From Leucoraja ocellata (taxonomy: Eukaryota), in contig JAWMAR010000079.1 in NCBI GenBank assembly GCA_036785375.1, forward strand, positions 3,224,001-3,288,000: a stretch of 64,000 bases of DNA, written 5' to 3'. The notes beneath the pieces are model-generated. The model did no database searches, had not been told where the DNA came from, and worked only from the letters and a program-made list of their open reading frames with translations. Below are positions 48,601 through 60,600 of the stretch, one piece after another. Position 1 is the first letter of the stretch, and each line of letters begins with the position of its first letter. A program made the translations under genes and the position numbers.

Positions 48601-51600
48601 TATCACATTTCGTTGATCTAGCAGACCTACATGCACACTAATTCAGGGGCGATGCTACTCACTTGCTGATGTGGATGTGCCAAATTGACTCTTGGGTTAT
48701 GCCTGTCTTGTGGTAGCTTATCCTCAATCTAGTATTTAAGTGGGAGGTGAGGGCATTATGGTAGTAGATGTCCTTTGCCTCATTTGAGGGTTTCCACTAT
48801 ATTCCATTTGATGCAGTAATTTTGCCACTTGCATTGAGCCAGTCTCTTTTGCTTATCTTTCCCACAGTAGGGTTAATAACTCTGGCGTGACTCGCAGAGT
48901 TGATAATTAGTTCAGTGATTAGCTGGTGGTGATTCTTTTTGAGTGTAGCCTTTTGACTCTGCACTTTCTGGCTTTCATCACCAACGGCATCAAAACCATT
49001 CAATGAACTAGTTTGTAGAAAACGTAGAACTATTATCTCCCCTCGGGAACATGGTCAACCTGGTGCATTAAAAAAGGAAGCTAGCAGAGAGGATGAAAGC
49101 AATGCCTTAATTAGCTAAAGCAAATGCTGCACCAATCAGTTTTCGATCAGTCTTTGTGATGTGCTAACACAAACTGCCTTGGGCCCCACTATCAGAAGCT
49201 TACACCTCTCAAATGGAGCATTGGTGAAGTCATCACAGCAGATTAATTTGTAAAAAAAAAATCTATTATATAGGCAAATGTATTTATTGTTCAGCAATGA
49301 CCAATTTGTCTGTTTTTACTGCTGCAGGCTCTGCAGTAGTATTGGAGAAAGCTGAGAGAAGGTAGACAGGTTGCCAACAAATGTGCTTAATGTTTTGAAA
49401 AGAAGCACACCAGAACGCAAGTCCTGTAATTCCATCATCACTATCATTCTAATTATGGCAGGAACATGCACCATTTTCCATTTGAGCTATCTCCACAAAT
49501 CTGTTTACATCAACCACAAAGGTTGGCATGAAATGTGAACATCTGGCCCATTCCACCAGGTGCCACAATTCAGGAATGATGCAGTTGCAAGATTTACATG
49601 AGCAAATTTAATTTTACACTTATTATTTGAAAGATATTTAATTCTTCCAGAAAATTCTTAGAGGCCAGTGATAATGTGAATTCTGCATTTTACAACCAAA
49701 TCCAAAAATGCCAGCAGTTTGTTTGAGTAGCCTGGCAGGTATTTATTTGCCGGAGGCACCAGGTAATATCTCTTCCCAAAGGTGGCCTTTCTAATCAATT
49801 GTTTATGCTAACGCCTGTGCCATAACGCAAAGGACTTGATGAATAATCTACAAGGTGACACAATTTACAAAATTGTGCCAAAATATTTTTCAATCTAGTT
49901 TGAATTTTCCATAATGATAGGATTGATTCAATGATTTTAATTGGAGAGGCTGAGTGGGATAAAGAAATCAATGCACTTAAGCCACTTAGTTGCAGAAGTA
50001 AATTTGTATCCTTTTTCTTCTGCCAGTTTGTCGGCCGGTTTGTTGGCTTGCTAAAAATCAGTTCACAGTGTACTTCGAACATGCAGAAAAGCAAATAGTA
50101 GCAGCATTAACTAATTTTGCCTGGGACAGTGAGAAGTATTTTGTAGCATTTAAAATGTAACATTGAAACAGATAAAATGTGAAGAAGGTAATGGAGTATA
50201 CTATTGATGTGAGGAGAGTTGACTATGATTCATTGACAAATGTAAGGCAGAAGACAAGCAGTGGTTAGCACTTAAAGAAAAAACATATGAATTGTAAAAG
50301 AAATATGTTCCTTCAAGAGCCAAAAACCCATAAGGGAACGTGGTTCTTCCATACCTCATGGGATAAATTAGAGTACTAAATCAAAAGAGACTTATGAAGT
50401 CACCTGAAATTTCAGTGCATCTGAGATTGGGAGCATTTTAGAACTTGGGGAAAGAAATAAAGGCATATAGAATGCAAGATAGATTATGAGAAGCATAATA
50501 ACACTCAATTAGGTTTTATAGGTACGTAAAAAAAAAATAGACTAGCAAGAGCAAATATAGCCCCCTTGTAGACAGGACAATTTATAATGAGAAATAAAGA
50601 AATGGTAAAGGCATTAAAAGAAACGATAATCTACATCCCATAGCCATGTAACTAAAGTCACTCCCATTCAGTGGATGTCTCAATAGTCAACTTTCAGTGT
50701 CCTAAAGCTTCTGGAATTGTCCCTGTGGTTTGGAGAGCAGCAAACGTGACCCCCAATATTTGAAAGAGTCATAAAGAAAATATCTACTGACCTGTTTGCC
50801 CAAAATCTATAATAAAAGATAAAATTAAACTACAGAACACCTTGAAAGTGATAAGGAGGTTAAAGCGGGGTTAGCATAGATTTACAAATAGAAAATTGTG
50901 TTTGATTTATCTTTTGGATTATTTGAAGATCTGACCAGTGAAGCAGATGTAAAGGAAACAGTGGATGGAGCATATATAGAGCTTTGGGTGAACAAGGTTA
51001 GAGCATGTGGAGGAGAGAGAAATAAACAGGTTATCGAGCAGAGAGCAAAGTGGAAATAGATCTTTAATGGGTTGACAGGCTGTGACCAATTAGATTCTGA
51101 GGGGATTGTGGTTGGGCCACAGCTATTTGTAATCTATATCAGTCACTTGTATTTCCAAGTTTGCAGCTACTACTAAACTGGGCATGATAGTCAGTATGTA
51201 AGTGGGCTTTGGAGGAAATGGTCAAACTGGGTAGGTGGGTGCACACATGGTATATAATGTGGGAAAAAAAGTGAGCACAGCCAGATTGAGCAACTTCAAA
51301 CAGTATTTGTCAATGCTTAGAGATTGTGTGGGACTGTGTTTCAAGGCCATTGAATGCAAAATGTAGGTACAGTAGGAGATTGGAAAGACAAACGGCATAT
51401 TAACTTTTATAGCAGGAGGATTTAGTTATAGGAGTAAGGAAATACTACTGTAGTTGCACAGGGCCTTGGTGAGACTGCGATGAGAATATTGCCTGGTTTT
51501 TGTTTTCTTTCCTTAGTGGAGGACCTTCGTTGCTGCCCTACATGCCAAGAAGCATAATAGGCAGTAAGAAAAGTAAGAATAAGAATTCAGACTGAGGAAG

Positions 51601-54600
51601 GGTCTCAACCCGAAACATCACCCTTCTCTCCAGAGATGCTGCCTGTCCCGCTGAGTTACTCCAGCACTTTGTGTCCAACTTCGAACCAAGCATACCAAAT
51701 GTCTATCTACTTGTGTTGCCACTTTCAAGGAGTTTTAGACTTGGACTAAAAGATCCCTCTGTACGTCAGTGCTTTTAAGAGTTTTGCCATTAATTACGTA
51801 TTTTCCCTTTACAATTGACCTCCCAAAGTGCAACACCTCACACCTATTTGGATAAAACTCCATCTGCCCATTCTCAGTCCATTTGTCTGCTCCAACTTTT
51901 ATTAAAAAAGTAATCTAAACTAAAATGTTAACTCCTCTCTTCACAGATGCTGCCTGACATGCTGAGTATCTCCAGTATTTTCTGATTTTGAGTTCCAGCA
52001 TCTGCAGCTTTTTTACTCTCAGTACAATATAATGATGTTCTCTTTGCTCAATGCTGATGTATGGGGTACCTTGAAGTATCTTTTGTTAGAGTGAATCAAT
52101 GCAGTTCACACTTAAACTTTAGAACCACTCTTGAGTATAGGAGAACAGAAGGGAAAATTACACATCAGTATTCAAGCAATAATAAGAAAGAACGTTATTG
52201 AAAATTCTAATGTAAAAATAAAATTGTGGAATTGATATGTGGCAGATAGTTGGCTTACTTAGTTATAGAATTTATTGCTGAACACTGACCTGTTTCAGTT
52301 TCCCATCTGTATGGAACTGTTAAGTGTGAGGTTATTTTTAAATCTATGGTTCTTGCTGCACTACAGTTAAAAGAATGGTATTCAAGTTGGAAAAGCTATT
52401 GTAATTTTAACCTTGCCCTTTGCACCTTTCTCACAAACGTTTGCTCTTGGTTACTTGCCAGTTTGGCTTGAGATTTGATTCATGAAGTGACTGCAACTCT
52501 TGTACGCTGCAACAGTGAAGACTGCCATTGGGATGTTTAATGTTGCAGCAAGGGTATTGCAGTGACGTGTCCCTTTGATTATCTTGAATTTCCATTGATA
52601 TTCAACGAATATCAATCATAAGAGGCCATTATTGATTGTCCCTTTCTTCATTATTGTTTGGCTGATCCTAAAACCACCAAAGTAATATAGCATATTAGAT
52701 TGGGGTTGAGTCTAATGCATTTTTTTCTAAAGAAAGATGCTTGATTGTAGTAAATGAAAACTAAATTGGCAGGCATGCTGACTACTTTAGTTTTGAGGTT
52801 TACATTGAAGGTTGGTGATTATTGAGGAAGCTAAAATGTTGCAGTGCCAAAATTAACAAGCAACATAATGATGACTACAATAATGGCAGCTGAAGGTGGT
52901 GGGATCCCAGAGTTGTAAAGGACTTAGAGAGAGCATATGAGATGCTTTAACTAAAATCGTATCAAACTCTTGAACCAGGATCTATTCATATTCATATTAG
53001 ACAATTGTAGTCCTTCACCAAGAAAGATGTTTGGGGGGGGGGGGGGGGGGGGCAATATATAGTTTACTGATAACTCACATTTTAGATTTTAGAAAAAATG
53101 GAGTTGGGGAACAGAAACAACATGAATTATTGCATGGCAAAATGGGCTTGAGGGGTTAAGTAGCCAATGTTGCAAACTTAGAAATGAAACTGAGACTTTT
53201 CTCAACTGTGTGATTTATTTCTGTCCCATATGCGATGATTGGCTGCAACTAGACCGTTGGTTTTTGTATATGTAAACATTAGAAGTACAAGATCAAGTAC
53301 AGAAAGTGCTTCACAATTTACAGTTGGCAGAATTAGAGATATGATAGTTTGTAGTTATAAATACTGAAGTAGTAATCTGAATTCACGATACCGCAGTGTG
53401 TCATATCCAACCATGGCAGCTGTGAAGATTATATTTCGTGCATCTGGAATGAGCGAGTTTCAGTAATGTCGACCTTTATCATAAATGGTTGTGTTGGACA
53501 ATTGTAAGTTCAGTTTAATAGTAAGTAACAAGTATATCCTGCAATAACCGGATTGTCATTAAACATGTTTGATAATTTCCTGTGCTCAACTATCCCGTAA
53601 TATCTCTCTGAGGCACTCTCTTTAAGGACAATTTAAGTGGAGAGCAAGCAATGTCTTCAGCTATTGCTAGCTTCAGCAATGTCTTGTAAATGAATAATTA
53701 ATTATTGGGGTGTGTATGGCAATATTAAGCTTGTTGGGTGTTTTTTAGTTGTATAATTCTGCTTATTAAATTCTTCACATAGCGCATTGAATAAATTGCT
53801 CATTGTATAAATGTAGAGAGGTGTGATATCAAGACCAAAGGTGGCCCAGCTTGCATTGAACAATTCTTCATTGCAGGTTAAAGTTTAGAAACGGCCATGA
53901 TCTGGCAAATTCCTAGAAATTCAAATATTGCTAACAGTTGAATAGCTTCGAGATATAGTTACAAACGGTTTAGTAATGATAGTTGGAGAGAATAACTTCA
54001 TTGATCTGTGAATTATTTTCATAAAACAGATTATTCATGGAAATCCTCAGTTGTTGCACGGACTGCGATGAGATTCAGTTTAAGGAAGATGGGGCGTGGT
54101 CACCGATGAGAACGAAGAAAGAAGTTCAGGAAGTGAATTCTTCTTATAATGGCGTGGATGGTACGTACTTTAGGTGAACAAATATGCAAAGTAAATGCAA
54201 AGAACAAAGGAGGAGTCTGTGTGTGTGTGGGGGGGGGAGGCGTAGACGACAAAGGGGGACCTTGCGCGGGATACTTTGTAACATTTGTCAACACCCTTTA
54301 TGTGGCAGCTATTTGCATACCTTGGGTATGCAAACATAGAATTCCACTGACTTGTCATGTGACAATAAAGGAAATAGAGTATTCATTCATCTCAAGGAGT
54401 GAAGTTAAGTTATAAAATGATAATTACATTAAATCCTATGCTGGAGAAGGATTCTGTTGTCTAAATCACGTGGGATGATAACTAAAGTGAAAGGCACCCC
54501 ATCTTACATTCCTGCAGATGAACAAAAACTGCTATAATAATCACCCAGGAAACAAGCTAAATGTCAAGCCAGCCTTGGATTGAAATAAGACAAAAATGCA

Positions 54601-57600
54601 AGGGATATTAAAATGCAGAAGATGGAGACAAATTATAGTGAAGCTGACATATAGTGCACTTCACTAGTTTACAGCAATATTTGTGAAACTGCACCCCAGA
54701 ATTAGTGCAAACACAAAAAATAAATGTAATTTCCTGATAAAGATTGTGTTCCTCAATCTCTGATTTTCATTGCAGTTTCAAATCCTAGAAGAGTTTGTTA
54801 TTATTACATGAAATTCAAATAACAATCATATTGTGTTTTGGAAGTCCATTAAATTTTGTTTGAGAGCCAGATTTGTTGACGGAGAAAGTCCACAACGGGA
54901 ATGAACCTGCCCAGAGATGAAAGCAGCATATATACCAGGAAAAGTGAATATTTATCAAAATCATCGGCGCCTATTTGCTGACAATTAAATATCTTTGTTT
55001 CAACAAAAAAAATATGGACTGTTTTCATTTATTTGTTAGGTGCATGTCCAAGCTTATCCGACCAGAGACATTCGTCACATAATAGTAGGAAAGTTGAAGT
55101 GATTGATCTGACACTTGACAGTTCATCAGAAGAAGAAGATGATGAGCCACCGGCAAAGAGATACCCAGCAATTTCTTCTCCGTCACCGCCCATTAACAAA
55201 GGGTAAGCTTTGGGAGGGATCTCAGTCTTGCGATGCTTTTTATATATTTGAGATGAGTTTGTACTTTGGAAAAATAAACTCCATGGCAATTTGAAAGCTG
55301 GAAATGCATGCAAAATAAATATTTTTTTCCTTTTCAAATACGGATTGCTGCTACATACAGTGTTCATTATCCCCCTCCACACAGGGATTCTCTTCAACAT
55401 GGTTTTATTAGTCTTTCCAAAGCTTAAGGACTTTGTTCTTGTATGCATTTGTCATTCCTATTTAGAGCATCTTGGAACGCTTTACTGTATATATGTCAAT
55501 TGCAGTCTGCTGTTTCTGTAATTAAAGCGATTGCAGCAAAATTATCGGTGTGTTAAGCTTAACTGCTGATAATTAGGGGTTTTCTTTCTCCACTCAAACT
55601 CCAAGGCACTGACATTTGGTGTTAACCATTACTAACTTGATTTTCCTAAAATGTGTCCTTAATTTTCCCTCGTCTCCTCCCAGCAGAGTACTTTGCTGTG
55701 ACATAACTCCATGCTATCTGTTCAAATGAGTTGTGTAAATCCAGGCAATAATTGCATGACGTTTATAAAAGAAGGCTCTTTGATTATTTAAATCTAACTG
55801 CAGTGAAAATCTTTAAACATATGCATATATGTAATGCTGTTTAAATTAAAGATGATCAAACAATCCGGCTGCATCTTTAGTCATCTAATTTAACCTTTGC
55901 TAAAAGCACTTGAAAAAGATCAAAAGCTTTCCAAAAGAAGGCTCTAATCAGTTGCATCAGGCGTAAAGATTATACTTGTAGGACAACTTCATAGCCACGA
56001 CTGAAGCACACACAGTAACAATGTTTTTTTTGCTCCTGGTTTTCAGAAAATAGAATCACACAGCAATACAGTACAGAAATAAGTCCCTCAGCCCATCTTA
56101 TATGTGCCAACCAAGTTGCTTACTAGTCTAGTCTTATTTGTCTGCTTTCGACCCATATCCCTCAGAACCGTTTCTATCAGTATTTATCCATTGTAAAACT
56201 ATTGTACCCATCTTTACTACTTCCTCTGGCAGTTCATCCCACATACCCACCACCCGCTGTGTTGGGATAAAGGTTTTGCCTTGGGTCCCCTTAACTCTCT
56301 CTCCCTCCACCCCCACCTTCACCTTAAATCTATGTGGTCTTCACCACCGTCCTGGCACCTTCTCTGCTAGAACTACCACCCTATTGGTGTTCAGAGGCAC
56401 CACTGGGTCTTTGACACCATGACCAAGTGACCTCTCGTACACTGACTGGATAGTTGTCAGACTAACTTTCAAGTTTATATAGTTGAACAGAGGTAACTAA
56501 TAGACCAGCGTTGATATTAGTATGATATTAGCTGATATTATATAAATGACTTGGATATAAATGTAAATGAACTGGTGAGTAAATTTGCTGACGACATTAA
56601 AATTGGAGGAGTTGCAGACAGTGAGGAAGTCTGTCAGAAGATACAGTGGGATATCGATCAGCTGCAGAAGTGGGCAGAGAAGCGGTAAATGGAGTTTAAC
56701 CCAAACAAGGGCAAGGTGGCGCACTTAGAGGTTGAATGTAAGGGGAAAGTGCACAGCCAATGGCAAGACCCTTAACACCTTGATGTGCAGAGGGATCTTT
56801 GAGTTCCAAGTTCATAACTCACAGCACAAGGAGATAGGGTGATATAGAAGGCAATTGGTATGTTTGCCTTCATTGCTAGGGGCATTGAATATAAGATTAT
56901 GATGCAGTCCATAGGGTTTTGTTCTGGCTGCATTTGGAGTATTGCCTGCAGTTCTGGTATCCCATTAGATGTGCAGAGGTGCTTTACCAGAATGCTGCCT
57001 GGATTAGATGGTTTCATCTGCAGTTTTGGATTGTTTTCTCTGGAGATTGAGGGTAAACGATAGAAGTATATAAAATTATGAGGCCAGAACCCTTTTCCAC
57101 ATGATGGAAATGTCCAACACTAGAGGATATATCTATCAGGTGAGAGGGGGAAAGTTTAATGGAGATGTGCAGAGCAAGTTTTTCTTTTTATTTTTACATT
57201 GTGGTGGCCTGGAACACATTGCCTGGGGTGGTTGTGGAGGCAGATATGAGAGTGGCGTCTAAAAAGCTTTTAGCTAGGCACATGGAAGTGCAGGGAATAG
57301 TGGGATTTGGATCGTGTACAGGCAGATGAGATCAGTTTAACATGGAATCATATTCGCCACAAACATTGTGGGCTAAAGGTCCCGTTCCTGTACTATTCAG
57401 TGTTTGTTATTTAACCTATTTCATCAGTCTTGTTTCTGGTCTTTTGTATAAATTGACCTTGATTTTCGGCTTTCTTTCATGTAGGGTTTTAAATCTGCAC
57501 CATCAGACATCACCAGTCACGAGAACTCCCAGCATACCTACTCTGGACACAAACTTTATTTCTGCTCCTTTTCAAGACTACCGTCATTCTTACCATTTAC

Positions 57601-60600
57601 CAACGCTGCCGTATGAATTACAAGGTAAGCTGCTTGTAGCAAGGTGTGATTGTTGTTGAACAAATTAACAGCATTTAATGAAAAATCAATAATGGAATGA
57701 ATGTCTGCTCAGAAAGTGCTCCATTTTATTGACGTCTCTGTGCAACTTAAATTTTTATTTTCATTGAAGCCAACAAAGGAACAAAATCATTTTTGTTTGA
57801 ATGTTGGTGTGATTCTTTGAAATATTTTGTTTTAAGTCATAAAATGTAGGTGCCCGGTTCCATTCGGTTCTCATTTCTCCCTCCCCTAAAGCCATTAACA
57901 ATTTAGCTCACTTAAGTAGTTCTCAGTGGCTGCCTTACCTCACTCTCAGTGCATCATTAGGTGTTGGAAAACTGTTTGACTTCTTCATAAGCTTGGCACA
58001 ATGATTAGTCATATGGACATTCATCTATGACTATGGCCTGCACCCCAAAAATGACCCAATCCCTTTCCCAGATGCTGTATTGTTAACCAACACCATATTT
58101 AGTTTAGTTTAGAGATACATCACGGAGACGGGCCCTTCGACCCACCAAGTCCGCACCAACCTGTGATCCCCCGACACCAACGCCATCCTATAATTTTACA
58201 ATTATATCAAGCCAATTAACCTCAAACCTGTACGTCTCTGGAGTGTGGGAGGAAACCGGAGCTTCCCGGAGAAAACCCACGCAGGTCATGGGGAGAAGGT
58301 ACAAACTCTACAGATAAGCAACCATAGTCAGGATCGAACCCGGGTCTCCGGCGCGGTAAGTTAGCAACTCTACCGCTGTGCTGCCCATGCCAACAATATA
58401 TTGTGTATAGTGTTACTGATACATAGAACAGTACAGCACGAGCAGGCTGTTCGGCCCAGTAATGTCTGCTGAGAATGATGCATCTCTTATCTACCTACAC
58501 ATAACCCATATCCCTCTATTCCCTGCATATCCATCGTCCTATCCAAAAGTTTCTTAAATGCCCAAACAACGTATCTGCCTCAACCACACTCCTAGCAGCG
58601 CAGCCAGGTACTCGACATCCTCTGTAAAAAAAACTTGCCCCACACATCATCTTTAAACTTAGCTCCTCTCACCTTAAAGCTATGCCCAGGAGCGGAAAAG
58701 ACTGCAAAAAGTAGTAAACAATGCCCAGTCCATCATCTGCTCTGACCTACCTACCATCGAGGGGATCTATCGCAGTCGCTGCCTCAAAGGCCTACAGCAT
58801 CATCAAGGACCCACACCATCCTGGCCACACACTCATCTCCCCGCTACCTTCAGGTAGAAGGTACAGGAGCCTGAAGACTGCAATGTCCAGGTTCAGGAAT
58901 AGCTACTTCCCCACAGCCATCAGGCTATTAAACTCAACTCAAACAAAACTCTGAACATTAATAGCCCATTATCTGTTTATTTGCACTTTATCTGTTTATT
59001 TATTCATGTGTGTATATATTTATATAATGATATATGGCCACACTGGTCTGTTCTGTATTATATTCTGTTGTGCTGAAGCAAAGCATGAATTTCATTGTCC
59101 TATCTGGGACACATGACAATCAACTCTCTTGAATCTTGCCCTCCAGTATATATTTTTTCCATCTTGAGAAAAAGGTTCTGATTGTCTACCCTATCTATGC
59201 CTCTCATAATGCTATTTACCTCTATCAGGTCTCCCTGCAAACTGGCATACCAGAGAAAACAGTCCACATCTATCCAACCTCGCCCTGTAGTTAATACCCC
59301 AGAATCCAGAGATCATTATGGTAAACATCCAAAGACTTTGCATCCTTCCTGTAATAGGGCGACCAGACCCTCAGGCAATACTCCAAATGTGGCCTAGCCA
59401 AAGTCCTATCAATCTGCATCAAGTTACATAAATGCTAAACATTGTAATTTTCAAACTACTTAGTAAATAACTTTTTTTAATTTTCCAATATGGTTTTTGT
59501 TCTCTCACTTCAATTGAAATTGTTAACCTGCTCCAAAATTTTGTTGCCAAAAACCATCTCGTAATCTCTGATCCCTAACCAGTCTGAAGAAGGGTCTCGA
59601 CCCGAAACATCACCCTTTCTTTCTCTCCAGAGATGCTGACTGTCCCACTGAGTTACTCCTGTTTGTGTCTATCTTCAGTTTAAACCAGCAACTGCAGTTC
59701 CTTCCTACTCATAATCCCAGTAACAAGAGCACAGTAAACATGTGGCTGTGTTTTGTGGGTTGCTCTCTTGCAATTGGACCTGAACAGCGTAGTTACTTGA
59801 TCATGTTCTCTGATTAATGGTGATGGCGTTTGAATACCAATGAAACCTGGTGTCCACAATTCTTCAAGTTTGTGCACATTTGACTTGTTTTTTCTAATAT
59901 TTTCCTTTCTTTGAACAGGTTTAGATCTATTTCCCTTCCTGCAAGGGGACAATCAGGTATGTAACATGCCAATACGCACTTTTGCAATTGAAACCTTATT
60001 TTAATCATAAATTGATCAATGATTTCTCATTGGCTTCAGCAGATTTTGATTTGTTTAAGTTATCGTAGACATTTTATTAATGAGAACTTTTATAAGGACA
60101 TCTCAGGATAAGGGGGAAGTCTTTTAGGACCGAGATGAGAAAACCATTTTTCACACAGAGAGTGGTGAATCTGTGGAATTCTCTGCCACAGAAGGTAGTT
60201 GAGGCCAGTTCATTGGCTATATTTAGTAGGGAGTTAGATGTGGCCCTTGTGGCGGTGCAGGCTCGAAGGGCTGAATAGCCTACTCCTGGCACCTATTTTC
60301 TATGTTTCTATGTATAAATCTAGGCACTTCCATATGCAGCCCAACATTTCAAAACAAGTTAGATTCAAATAATATTGCACTATGTTTGAAGTATGTAGAA
60401 ACAAAAGTTGATTAGGAGACCTGACTAATCTGGAGAACATGGATAGGTGGTGTTTCGGGTCGAGAGACTGATGAAGGGTCTGGCCTGAAATGTCACCTAT
60501 CCATATTCTACAGATGCTGCCTGACCTGCTGAGTTACTCCTGCATTGTGAGATGCTGCCTTAAAGCAGCAGCTCTTCTGGGGGAGGTTCTCCCCTAATGC

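Noticed and set aside
52594-52616. ATTGATATTC-AAC-GAATATCAAT hairpin
   Set aside because: A single AT-rich 10-bp stem is compatible with chance in 64 kb; no supporting context.
55029-55448. Minus-strand ORFs overlapping PIAS1 exons (also 28825-29022, 39134-39463, 62512-62829)
   Set aside because: Antisense shadows of real exons; no independent evidence.
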